NCBI GenBank assembly: GCA_032718475.1
Contig: JAUCBJ010000397.1
Location: 1-48,855, forward strand
Length of the DNA: 48,855 nucleotides
Source of the DNA: Nemertoderma westbladi
Taxonomy: Eukaryota; Animalia; Xenacoelomorpha
Reading direction: 5' to 3'
Shown here: positions 23,740 through 36,150 of the stretch, in pieces
Position numbering within the stretch: the first letter of the stretch is position 1
Layout: every line of letters begins with the position of its first letter
The notes under the pieces: generated by a model
Seen by the model: the letters and a program-made list of their open reading frames with translations, nothing else
What the model was told of the DNA's origin: nothing
The model's database searches: none
Position numbers and translations under genes: made by a program

Positions 23740-26074
23740 GGGGCCATCCATAAATGACGTCACGTTTTTTAAACACATTTTTGCCCCCCCCCCCCCTTCC
23801 CCCTCCCCAATGTCACGTCACACTATATAAAATGAAATGATTACTATTATGTAATTAGAACAATAAATCTGTAATAAATTGGTCAACTATATAAACTAAA
23901 CTAACATTACTAGTTTTAACTCTTAAACTGGTTGAAACACATTCTGTGTTTTCAGAATACAATGTTGACTTGGTCCTGTATATATTTCGTTGTGGTATTG
24001 ACTTGGTAAAAACACAAATATAATATGTGTTTACAGTTTTATGTCACGAGCTGGTCTAACCATTTTAGAAACTACGTTTCGAGTTGGTATGAACACAAAT
24101 TTGTGTTTTAGTACGAATTGTCTGACTTGGTGAGATGTTTTTTATGAGTTTTATCCCACTTGGTCAGCGTTTTCTTTGGATTTTATAATCATTTAGATGT
24201 TCATACAAAAATGTTTCTTTTAAAATAAGGAGAAAATTGATTTTTTTTTATTGATGCATTATACATTAATATTAAATACAAGATAAACAGTTAAACATTT
24301 AAGACAGACAGTTTGATTAACTGTTTTAATCAGTTAGATAAACATTTAATCAGAGTCAGAGTTAATGTGGCTATCATCTGTCCCATAACTTTTTTCGTAT
24401 GATAGTTTTATATAGTCTACTATATAGTATTACCGTTATAAAATCAAAGGGTACTGATATTTAAATGTAACTATTTATTAACTTAGGCTTAGGAATAAAA
24501 GTAGCCATTTTATTTAAACTCCATATTTCATGAGCAAGGTGTGAAAAATTAATAAACGAGGCAGGAGTTAACGGCTATTGTTCTTAATATAATAAATAAG
24601 AACTATAAATAAATAAATAAAAATAAATTAAAATAGTAAATAAATAATAATAAATTAAAATAATAAATTAAAATAATAAATTAAAATAATAAATTATAAT
24701 AATAAATTAATAATAATAAATTAAAATAATAAATTCATTAATAAATAAGAAATAAGTTTATCCAATTTGATAACATGAATCGAATAAATATCGGAGTAGA
24801 AAAGTTTTCCACGTCATAAAAAAAATCCATCCAAATAAAGATGGTAGTTAAAAAGAGTAAAATATAGTTATTTTCTTCCACAGTAGGTCTATCAATCTGT
24901 TGATACTAAAACGAAGTAACGAAAAACCATTTATATAAGTTTATGGGGTGTGGGAATATTGCAGCCGAAGTATTGAGATTCAGTTATTGTTATACTGTGA
25001 AGAATACCCGTGGGAAAACCTCATGTGTGGGCGTTGGGGATGCCAAACTGGCGGATATGAGGTATCGAAAGAAAGCCCATAAGCAGGGCTATCTAGTAGT
25101 GGTAATCTTTTGTTCATCCGACATAATGTTAAAAAACAGCCATTCCTTAAACTTTTCTATATTTTAGAATCTTTCTCACACCACTGCGTCTGCCATAGTG
25201 GGCGATTCGAGATGATTCAACTACCATTGTGTAGCTCTACATTCAAGCGATTGAATACCGGTAATGATAAACCCATAGGGATTCATTAAGTAGTAGTATT
25301 ATAGGAATACGTAAAATATGTCTAAAACACAAAAAAACGTCAGCACCATGTGGATAGCCGCTCAGGCAAACACATATTTGTGTTCTTACCAACTCGGAGA
25401 ACGTCAATCGATGTTTTCCCACCAGTTCGCGTACATTCACATAAAACACAAATTTGTGTTTCTACCAAGTCAGATGAGTTCACAAACTTATACCTGACCA
25501 ACAGCGATAGAAATTGATAAAACATAAATTTGTGTTCCTACCAAGTCGAAACAAAAGTAAATGAAGACGCAGACCAGTTTAAGTGTCAATAATATATCAA
25601 TCAAATAACTAATACTAGTTTTTCAGACATGCCCCCATTGGCACGACAGGTAGTCTGTCATACTTATAATTGCCATTGGTGAGACATTAGCTAGTGCGTG
25701 TGGGTTCACAGGGGGTTCATAATCAAAACGGGTTTTGGAACTACCGCTATCATGAAGGGTTATAAAGTGATTTTTAAGTAAAACTTTCGATGCAAAGTAA
25801 AGATAACTTTCTTTACTACTGAGTCCTACTGAGTTCTACTGAGTAGAATTAGTTGGATTGTTCTGGATAGATGACTCCTTGAATAGTTTGCGTTATCGGG
25901 ATGGGTGGAGGCAGAAATCGAATAATTAATTTATAATTATTATTATAATTAATTAATAATTAAACGAATTTAATATTCAGTTAATATATCGGAAACTTAT
26001 AATTAGACGTCACGATTTGGCGGACCCCCCCCCCCCCCCACCTGTTCAGCGTGACGTCATTTATGGATGGCCCT
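23740..26074. mobile_element. PIF/Harbinger-like non-autonomous element in Max intron 2
   Basis: TIR GGGGCCATCCATAAATGACGTCACG…CGTGACGTCATTTATGGATGGCCCT with TAA TSD (23737-39, 26075-77). Confidence 0.9.
23919..25586. mobile_element. Decayed nested TIR element with GACTTGGT/AACACAAAT subterminal repeats
   Basis: CTTAAACTGGT…ACCAGTTTAAG ends; inverted subterminal motifs at 23960-24170 and 25320-25550; contains a 13-bp AT microsatellite at ~24600-24750. Confidence 0.6.
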
Positions 26075-26197
26075 TAAATATAAATAATAGTACCGGTACT
26101 AATACTTTCTATAGGAAGCGTGCAAGTAGGCAGTTATGTATTAGGTGAGACACTCCCCATTACTGTGAGCAAATAGAGCGCCACTTGTATATACCGG

Positions 26198-26952
26198 TGT
26201 ATGGGGGGGGGGGGGGGGGGCACTGTGTACAGACAGAGTGTATGGGGCACTGTGTACAGACAGAGTGTATGGGGGCGTTGTGTACAGACAGAGTTTATGG
26301 GGGCGCTGTGTACAGTCAAAGTTTATGGGGGCGCTGTGTACAGACAGAGTGTACGGGGGCACTGTGTACAGACAGAGTGTATGGGGGCGCTGTGTACAGA
26401 CAGTGTATGGGGGCGCTGTGTACATACAGAGTGTATGGGGGCGCTGTGTACAGTCAAAGTGTATGGGGGCGCTGTGTACAGACAGAGTGTATGGGGGCAC
26501 TGTGTACAGACAGAGTGTATGGGGGCGCTGTGTACAGACAGAGTGTATGGGGGCGCTGTGTACAGACAGAGTGTATGGGGGCGCTGTGTACAGACAGAGT
26601 GTATGGGGGCGCTGTGTACAGACAAAGTTTATGGGGGCGCTGTGTACAGACAGAGTGTACGGGGGCACTGTGTACAGACAGAGTGTATGGGGGCGCTGTG
26701 TACAGACAGTGTATGGGGGCGCTGTGTACATACAGAGTGTATGGGGGCGCTGTGTACAGACAGAGTGTATGGGGGCGCTGTGTACAGACAGTGTATGGGG
26801 GCGCTGTGTACATACAGAGTGTATGGGGGCGCTGTGTACAGTCAAAGTGTATGGGGGCGCTGTGTACAGACAGAGTGTATGGGGGCGCTGTGTACAGACA
26901 GAGTGTATGGGGGCGCTGTGTACAGTCAAAGTGTATGGGGGCGCTGTGTACA
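26198..26952 (+). repeat. 28-bp minisatellite, ~27 copies
   Basis: Unit TATGGGGGCGCTGTGTACAGACAGAGTG with 26-bp variants. Confidence 0.97.
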
Positions 26953-27321
26953 CTGTAGGCCTACAGTGTACGTACGTACACATTATTACTGACCCGTTAA
27001 TTAGTTACAACTTCCCCTTTACGATAACAGTATCTGTTATCATAAATTTTACATGACAACCCGAGGTTCTTTTTCTTATAATAATTATATGTTTGACAGG
27101 TTGCCTTGTCAACGAAATTTGTAGGTTTACACTTAATGTTAGGTGTGTTGGCTTGAACGAAATCTATACCAGTAGTTCTTTATGTGAAGATTTAAGAATT
27201 AAGATTGCTCTTTTTCCCAAGACTCAATATAATTACTTTACTTTTACTGAAGACAATGTTCTGTGGTGTGGTTGTGTACGATTCAACTGGAACTGATATC
27301 ATATAACAATCGCTACTGCAG

Positions 27322-28421
27322 TTGATCGGACCGGGATCCTGGGATCGGTCTGGGATCCCGGTTGATTGGTCTGGGATCCCGGGATTGGTCCGGGATCCCG
27401 GGCTCGGTCTGGGATCCTGGGATTGGTCTGGGATCACGGGATCGGTGTGGGATCCCGGGATTGGTCTGGAATCCCTGGATCGGATCCAGGTATTGGTCTG
27501 GGATCCAGGGATTGGTCTGGGATCCCGGGATCGGTCTGGGATCCCGGGATTGGTCTGGAATCCCGGATCGGATCCCGGGATCGGTCCGGTATCCCGGGAT
27601 TGGTCTGTGATTCCGGGATCGGTCTGGGATCCCGGGATTGGTCTGGGATACCGGGATTGGTCCGGTATCCCGGGATTGGTCTGGGATCCCGGGATTGGTC
27701 TGGGATCCCGGGATCGGTCTATAATCCCGGGATTGGTCTGGGATCCCGGGATTGGTCTGGGATCCCGGGATCTCGCGATTGGTCCGGAATCGGTCTGTGA
27801 TCCCGGGATTGGTCTGGGATCCCGGGATTGGTCTGGGATCTCGGGATTGGTCCGGGATCCCGGGATTGGTCCGATATCCCGGGATTGATCTGGGATCCCG
27901 GGATTGGTCTGGAATCCCGGATCGGATCCCGGGATCAGTCTGGGATCCAGGGATTGGTCTGGGGTCCCGGGATCTGTCTGGGATCCCGGGATCGGTCTGG
28001 GATCCCAGGATCAGTCTGGGATCCCGGGATCGGTCTGGGATCCCAGGATCAGTCTGGGATCCCGGGATCGGTCTGGGATCCCGGGATTGGTCCGGGATCG
28101 GACCAGTAACCAGGGATTGGTCTGGGATCCCGGGTTCAGTCTGGGATCCCGGGATCGGTCTTGGATCCCGAGATCAGTCTTGGATCCCGGGATCGGTCTT
28201 GGATCCCGGGATCGGTCTTAGATCCCTGGATCGGTCTGAGATCCCAGGATCGGTCTGAGATCCCGGTACTGGTCTGGGATCCCGGGATTGGTCCGGGATC
28301 GCTCCGGTATCCCGGGATTGGTCGGGGATTCCGGGATTGGTCCAGTGATTCCGGGATTGGTCTGGGATCCCAGGATCTGTCTGTGCTCCCGGGATTGTTC
28401 TGGGATCCCGGGATTGGTCTG
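27322..28421 (+). repeat. 19-bp minisatellite, left part
   Basis: Unit GGGATTGGTCTGGGATCCC; continues after the LTR element. Confidence 0.97.
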
Positions 28422-28867
28422 TGTTATGTTATATAAATATATAGAAATCTATATAAACATTATGACATTATAATATTATTATAATAGAACATTCATTATG
28501 TAACAGGTTAGCAACACATGCATACCGGCACCACAGTACTAATGCACTGTATACTATACATATAACATTATATTATATTATATTAGATATTGTAGGCCTA
28601 GCCTAAACAACAGTATGGATATATAACAACTCCCATTTCTTTCAGTTTAATGTCTGGACTATAGTTAATTATCCTATAATTCCCTTTCCTTTCGTTTTTT
28701 ATTTTTTTTTTAAATTTCAAGTTTAAAATATAACTTTCTTCCTATTTAAAATATTTTAACCACAATGAACTTTCTTAACCTTATTAGCGAGTCTCTCTGA
28801 CCAACGCAGCATTGAAGGTTTCACATCACTGCTTATTGGAACATGGATAGAGGTTTCTTCCATCGAT

Positions 28868-31800
28868 TCAGTTTCTCCCAATAAACGTTGTCGTAGAAAT
28901 CGACGATTTCTCCAAAGTGTATGGCCTGAAGGTAGGTAGCTTCACTCTGTAATCTCTATATTTCCCGACGGAAACGATTTTGCCACTTCGATCCCACAAT
29001 TTCGATTTAGGGTTTTGAATCCAAACTTCCATGTCAACCTTCAATGGTGTTAGATCGTGCGCTGTAGCATTATATTGTGATGCTACTTTATCTTCCAACT
29101 TTATTTGTTTGTCAACAAAATCGGCATGTTGTACCCATGTTTTCATAAAATTCGAATGATATATTGGCAACCGATTTCGAATATTATGGCCAAAGATCAT
29201 CTCATTTGGTGATGCACCCGATGATCTCGGCGTATTGCGGTATTCCATCAGTGCTTCTTGGAATTGTTCATCGTTGATATGTATGTTATCCATTTTCAGT
29301 AACATATTTTTAACAGTTTTAACCGTTGCCTCTGCGAGTCCATTCGCCTGCGGGTAATGCGGACTACTTGGTTCCCATTTTGCTCCCCGCTGTGTTAGAA
29401 ATTTATTAAAACTTCAAGCCATAAACTGCGGCCCCCCATCGGATTTAAATAATTTTGGAGCTCCTGTTAAGATGAAGAATTTTCTGACGACGAATTCCAC
29501 ATGTGATGAATTTGGTACATGACTCCACTCAGCAAGGAGGGGATATCCAGAGAAACGATCAACATAAAGTGTCGTCCTGCAGCCTCAAACAGGTCAGCGG
29601 ATACACTCTCGAATGGGTACTCAGTTTGCGTTTGGTTTTTAATGTCTCCTTTGGTAGACTTTCTCGTCGAGTTTGACATTCATCGCATCGATTAATCATA
29701 TCCATGATATCCTGATTCATCCCTGGCCAAAACACAGCCAAGCGTGCACATTGTTTTGTTCTAGTACACCCGAGGAGATGAGAAGTATGTAAAATAGTTA
29801 ATATATCCTGTTGTTTGGATGTGGGAATAACTATTTTAGAACCATAGAGTACCAAACCTCGTTCAATGGATAACATATCTCTCAATGAATAAAATTTCTT
29901 TATATATGGTGAATAATTGTTTCTATGAAATCCCATTTTGAATTTCGTCATATAGTCATCATCTCTTTTACAAGAATCTCGAAGGTTCTCAAGTATAGGA
30001 TCATTGATACTGTAATTTTCAGTTTCTTCCTCGTCATTATCACATGTACCTGTACCAGAAATAATAGAGATCTGAACTCTATTTAATGAGAAGTATTCTT
30101 CGGAGTTCTCTTCAGGGTTATCGATCAGAGCTCTGCTCAGACAATCAGCAATGCGGTTCTCAGAGCCTTTCCACCATTCAACTGCAAAGCTATATGTATA
30201 CTGAAGATCAGATTTAATTTTTTGTAATTTCACATTTTCAACTTGAACTAATGTTTGTTTATTGAATATACTCGTCAGTGGCCTATGATCAGTGACCACA
30301 TGAAAGTGTTGCAACCCGGCAAGATAAACTCGACATTTCTCTATTGCATATTTAATGGATAATGCTTCTAGTTCGACCGTGGCATACCGACTTTCAGGGT
30401 CAGTTAGAAACCTGCTGCCACATGTAACTAAATGCCAGCCGTCGTTGTGCTTCTGTAACAAGTCATACCCAAAGCCATTCAGGCGACTTGCATCACATTC
30501 TAGAATAACTTTAATTTTGGGTTGAATATACTCAAAATCGGTGATTTTGTTAATAAGTCTTTCGTTTTATTAAATGCATTTCTATGGGTTTCTTCCCATA
30601 AAAAACAGTTTCTATTACTCAGAAGATCGCGTAATGGTGTAGCGACTGAGCTTAATTCTGAGTTGAAACAGCCTAGTTAGTTCGCTAAGCCCATGAATGA
30701 CTGTAAATCGCTTATATTGCATGGTTCTGGGAATTCTTTTATTGCGGCTATTTTCTTTGGGTCCACAGATATACCAGCATCGGATACAACATATCCAGCG
30801 AACTTTACAGACTTCTGTCCCAAAATAAATTTACTTTTATTCAGTGTAATGCCGTGAGTTCGACATCGATCTAGCACTTCTCTACTCGACAAATATTTTC
30901 TTCCAAGTTATTGCCTTCGATGATCACATCGTCAATGATCTTTCTAGTACCTTGTAAACCTTCCAAAGCTGCATCTGCACTAAGGTTATAATGGTACAAG
31001 GCGGATATAAAATCCATTGGTGCGCGTGTGTATCGGTATCTGCCCCATGGCGTTATAAATGTGGAAATTCAGCAAATTCATGGAAGTTCATGCAGCTCCA
31101 CTTGCCAGTATCCTTTCTGGGCATCCAGGGTTGTAAAATACTTTGAAGTAGGACTAATTTCTGACACTAAATCAAAAGGTGATGGTGCGTTATGAACTAC
31201 GCGCTTCACTTCCAAGTTCAACCTCATCAAATCGACTGTCATGCATATGCCTCCTGCGGGTTTGGGCACGATGACGCAGGGGTGACACCATTCTGTCGAT
31301 CTATCACCTATACGTTCAATTACTCCGGTTTTTCCATATTTGCTAGCTCTTCTTTCACTTGTTCACGATATGCGTATGGAACAGGGCGAGCCGCATATGT
31401 TATAAACGGTGTAGCATTATCTTTCAACTCAATTATTATCTTCTCACTATTCATAGGTTTCAATTCGTCTGATGACGCGAAACATCTTTGTATTTATTGA
31501 TCAACTTTTGTTTCAACTTATCCATATCAGTGAGGTTGTCTCGAACATTTGAAATTTTGCTAATAATAAAATTATTTGAGTTTATTGGTTCTGGAAAGTT
31601 TTGGTGCACGATATTGATGTTTTTACATGCATTAAATGAAAGATATACCTCATCCTTTGGTACATCAGAGCAGAATATTACCCGCTCAGTACATTCATTT
31701 ATACCTATTTTTAGTTTCATATCAAAAGATCCTAAACTTGATAGTTTATTTCCATTAACAGATTGAAGATTTTCCTTCATTATTGACAGTTTATTTGTCC

Positions 31801-32050
31801 TTATACCAAGTTTCCTTAAGATTTGGGCTCCAGCAACAGTAGCCTGTGCACCTGTATCGGCAACTGTTTTAATACAACCTAGGTGGCTATTTCCAGTTGT
31901 ATAGAAATCAATTGAGATCGTTGGTTTCTCTAATTCATCTCGAATTGGTGCAATGTTTAGTTTAATCATGCCAGTTTGTTTTACTGGACCTTTATAATTG
32001 TTGTATTTTGGTGTCCTACATTTCTTAGCAAGATGACCGGTTTTATGCAT
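28868..32050 (-). pseudogene. Disrupted pol (protease, RT, RNase H, integrase)
   Basis: ADTGAQ (protease), TLDAQKGYWQV (RT), RYATVELEAL and TDHRPL (RNase H), zinc-binding His/CxxC and ALMEYRNTP (integrase); split by stops and frameshifts. Confidence 0.9.
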
Positions 32051-33267
32051 TTATTACATGTCCTTCCACGAGCTTTGCATGGTTTTCCCTCCTCATGGGG
32101 CCATGGTTCACCGCAACGATAGCAGTCATTATTGCTCGAATGTTCCGATCCTGAATTATCTCGCCTCGGTGTTTTTGATCGCCATGCAGATCGGTTTCTA
32201 TCTGATTTGTAACGAATTTTTGAGTGAGCTCGACCTCGAGTGTTCGAATTTATTATTTCACTACATTGCGATTTGAACCGGTTGTCGTCTTTTTGAGCCA
32301 GTTTGCGGTTTCTACAGAGAGTTACAGTTTTCTTGTAGATTCAATGTCGGTTTCTTAGCCAACAATTCTTGTCGGACCTCATCATCCGTTATACCGCACG
32401 TACTGATGGTTGTCAGCCAGTCATCTTCAGACATAGAAGCTAATCCAGCATCCTCATCTAGCTCACGAAGACGGACGTAAAAATCGTCGAAACTTTCCTC
32501 GGACTTTCGGATTGTTCACGTCGAATGAGTTCATAACGATCGACTGCGATATTCTGCTGAATTCGTAGATATAGTCGAATTTCCTCCAACACCTCGTCAA
32601 TGTTGAGCGTTGTATCCTGCTGTATTCCCATCGCGTGTTCTACGCGTCGCAGAAAGTTTGGGGAACAATACAACCAAAGAGTGGTGGTGACCTGGTCGCT
32701 TCGAGATCGGTCACCTAATTTCGTAACGTGGCAGTAGTTTATCCACGTTGTCTTCCATTTTTTAAACTCTCCGAATGTTATTTTGTCTTCAATTTGGTTC
32801 GGAGGTCTCACAGTCAGTTTTGTCCCCATCATATCAGTGCGGTTTCCGGTTGCAGTTGTGCGTTGCATTCCTTCCTCGTCCCGTCTCCTGGGATTTGAGT
32901 CTGGTGGGTGTTCTCCACTGCGTATCACATTGAGAAATTCACTCATTTGTTCCCGCTGGTGTTCGAATATTCGTTCCATAAAATTAATCATCCCCCGACT
33001 GTCGGGTTCGGTGATAGCAGTTTCGTCGTATTCTCCAACAGTTTCCCCATATTCTTCCTCTGCGTCCTCCTCCGTAGGTGGATCGTTGGTAGGGTTCTTT
33101 CTAGCCGCTTTATTGTGGCTACGAATCTTCCGGCGCATTTCTTTAGTCGCCGTTCTTTCGTCGTATCTTAAACCGAGAATATCCAATATTTTTTTTAGTT
33201 TTACTCGATCGATGTCATCGTCGGAAAGCAGTAGTATTTCGGAACGGGTTTCAACGAACTGCGCCAT
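32051..33267 (-). pseudogene. Disrupted gag
   Basis: 269-aa ORF 32458-33267, frameshifted continuation leading to a zinc-knuckle remnant (KTGHLAKKCR). Confidence 0.8.
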
Positions 33268-33470
33268 GTTATGTTATATAAATATATAGAAATCTATATA
33301 AACATTACGACATTATAATATTATTATAATAGAACATTCATTATGTAACAGGTTAGCAACACATGCATACCGACACCACAGTACTAAACTAATACACTGT
33401 ATACTATACATATAACATTATATTATATTAGATATATTGTAGGCCTAAGCAACAGTATGGATATATAACA

Positions 33471-33660
33471 GTCTGGGATCCCGGGATTGGTCTGGGATCC
33501 CGACATTGGTCCAGGGATTCCGGGATTGGTCTGGGATCCCGGGATTGGTCTGGGATCCCGGGATTGGTCTGGAATCCCGGGTCGGATCCCGGGATCGGTC
33601 TGGGATCCAGGGATTGCTCTGGGATCCCGGGATCGGTCCGGGATGCAGATCGTCTGGATC
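33471..33660 (+). repeat. 19-bp minisatellite, right part
   Basis: Same unit as 27322-28421, resuming in register after the TSD. Confidence 0.95.
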
Positions 33661-34036
33661 ACGTCATGGAATATATACGTATTCATCAACTGTGGTTATG
33701 TTTTGTGTTTCCTTTATGACCCATTAACCTGGCTCGGTAAATTATGCACAGGGGTTCACCGGATATCCATCCGGTTGTGTCGGTGTTTGTCGATTATCCG
33801 GAACTTCGGCCGGATAAGATGGCCGGATATTTAGTTTTATAGGACGAAATAATACGCATTTTAATATAATCTTGTATTGATTATAATCTTATAATGATAA
33901 TAATTTTTATTCATTTTTTTAATAAACGACATTCATAACAAAGCGCAAAATCGCTCAAAGGTCCGCGTGCGTCTCCTAACGCATGGACTGTCTCCTTGAA
34001 CGGATTACTAACAATCTTACTACCACAAAAATTCAA

Positions 34037-34103
34037 AGGAATGTGGGATTGAACTCTGTACCTAGAGATGCCAAGTCCCACGCTCTACCAACTTCGCCAC
34101 TGC
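34037..34103 (-). mobile_element. tRNA-derived SINE head or tRNA pseudogene
   Basis: Minus strand GTGGCGAAGTTGGTAGAGCGTGGGAC…GAGTTCAATCCC with A-box and B-box; cloverleaf imperfect. Confidence 0.6.
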
Positions 34104-34720
34104 TCCGTATGAATCCTTCTAAAACTAAAAATTATCTGGAAATTAACAACATCAACACCAACAACAACGGAGTGAATACTAGAGGTCTCGCTGCGCGGAC
34201 CTATGCGGACCTAAAAATCAGGACAATACGAAGCAACTAAAAGGCATGTTTCTCGTTTAGCAAGATTTAATATCCTTTCTGATATCCCATTCGGCCAGAT
34301 GTCAAAAAGTGATATCTGGAACACTCATCCCTAATCATACCTAATAACAAACAAAAACAAAGCTAATAAGCGTACGTTGTTGAGCGCAACCAAACCACAT
34401 TTGCAACCGTAACTCAACCCAAATCCACACCTAAACTGATTTGTTTACATTAGTAAGAAATAACTCGATAATATTCCAGAGGGATAAACTAATTGATATT
34501 ATATGTACGAAATATATAATTACCTCTGCAGCGGTTTCCATTTTATTATTAACAACATCACAAGTGGGCGTATTAGAGGCTGTCCTAGCTGAGGCTAAGT
34601 AATGTTTACAGTTTCGACTAATAAAAATAACTAACTACCATATTTACTTTACGCGAGCTGGCAGTGCAGATCTGACCGGATACAAATTTATCAAACCAAG
34701 TGTTTTTTTTTGTTATTCAG

Positions 34721-35038
34721 GAAGAGATTGAGGCAATTCATAGACAGAATGACGCTCTGGAACGACAAATCATTAAACTAGAGACAGTTTATGCGACTGT
34801 TAACTCTGATAAATTCGATAAGATAATGGGTACGAGCGAGGGTAGATCCCTGTTAGCTAGTATCCAGGACACAACGGTTGGCGCTGGTGACTTCCAGACT
34901 GGTACGAAGCGAAGTGGAGTCCCCTGGTGGGACGTGGAACCCAGCGACGACGAAACCAGTGTGACTAGCAATAACGTTTCGTCCCCCAGGGGGCCTTCCT
35001 TTAAAGTACTGCGGTATGACGGCTTGTCTTTGGATTAA
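34721..35038 (+). CDS. max: Max-like bHLH-ZIP, exon 3 (leucine zipper and C-terminus); spliced product 232 aa
   Basis: Acceptor tttttgttattcag 34720; EEIEAIHRQNDALERQIIKLE aligns with the Max zipper ([21 protein letters not shown]); phase 0; TAA at 35036-38. Confidence 0.92.
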   Translation, partial: EEIEAIHRQNDALERQIIKLETVYATVNSDKFDKIMGTSEGRSLLASIQDTTVGAGDFQTGTKRSGVPWWDVEPSDDETSVTSNNVSSPRGPSFKVLRYDGLSLD

Positions 35039-35109
35039 TCTGGTTTTGTTGCAATTTCAGGGATGACCCACTTTATTTGTACATTTTTTCAGTTATGATG
35101 TAAAGTTAA

Positions 35110-36150
35110 GGGGAGATGGAACCTTTAGATTTTCCCATACATTCGCCTTTTTCTCTAGAATTACTAGTTCGATTCTTCAGAAATTTGGTATGCTTTTACA
35201 GTAGCCAATGCTCTGACATACCTGGAACCTAAAAAAAATTCGAAATTTTAGATTTTTTCGTATTATTTTTCACAATTTTGAAAAAGGTCAAAAATTTGGA
35301 ATTTGGTCCTATAACGCCAGCATGAGGATGAGCTAACTACGATATTAGAGGTTCCAGTTATGCGCCTCAGCGCCACGGATCATTTGTAAAATTTCAAGAA
35401 ATTTCATTGAGCTGTTCTCGAGTTAATGGGGCCTTTGTAACCAAAATAACACTGAAAAGTAATATAGGAGAAAAATGCATTCAAAGTTTTCAAATCTTCC
35501 CGCAAATTTTCATAAATGGTGGGAATTTTCAAACATACGTCCAATTTTGAGGGACATTTTTTCAAACTTAAACTAAAACCTTCGCTATGAGGTTTTCCTG
35601 GCCGGTGATTTCATTTCCGACGTCAGTTTTCACTATTGATGGTATTGTCTGGTGTATTTTTTTTTAATATTTCGACAGGCAAACTGAAAGAGACCGACCA
35701 ACAGACGTTCAGACAGGACTATAAACATAATCCGTAAGTCACAGAAACTTATACCAGAAACGAAATAACCAAACCGACCAGGAAAACCTCATATGAAACG
35801 TTTAGTTAGATTTGGTGTATTTTTTTATATTTTGAAAAAGAAAAGACCGAAAAGTCAGACAGACCGATTGGCGGACAGATAGGACTATAATCTATAATTC
35901 GTATCTATAATTCGGAAAACCCCATAGCGAAAGTTTTAATTAGGTGTGGTGGGATTTTTATACTGCATTATCATAAACACTGAAAAAGACCAAACGACAG
36001 ACAGACCGACAAACGGACAGAGATTCGAGCGGTTTTGGCTTATGATATGCTTTTAAAGTGTCAATATCTATAATCTACGGAAAATTGCGATCTTAATCAA
36101 CTAAAAAAAAATGTTTTTTTTTTAATTGTAAGGGTTCTTTCCACCTCCCC
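35110..36150. mobile_element. TTAA-targeting non-autonomous DNA transposon (Kolobok-like termini)
   Basis: TTAA|GGGGAGATGGAA…TTCCACCTCCCC|TTAA; RR…YY ends; internal GACAGAC repeats. Confidence 0.8.

Larger units (their letters stand above)
28422..33470 (-). mobile_element. Full-length degenerate Ty3/Gypsy LTR retrotransposon (Mag-like)
   Basis: LTRs 28422-28628 and 33267-33470 (TG…CA), 5-bp TSD GTCTG, PBS TGGCGCAG next to the 5' LTR, purine tract GAAAGAAATGGGAGT next to the 3' LTR, order gag-PR-RT-RH-IN. Confidence 0.95.

Noticed and set aside
26134-28473. Many long overlapping ORFs (up to 280 aa)
   Set aside because: Translations of the 28-bp and 19-bp minisatellites; open in several frames with matching periodicity.
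31465-31500. CTGATGAC-GC-GAAAC hammerhead-like words
   Set aside because: Antisense to pol coding sequence, with no supporting stems I or III.
34037-34103. Functional tRNA gene (also 23078-23140)
   Set aside because: Acceptor and anticodon stems do not pair properly; treated as SINE heads or pseudogenes.
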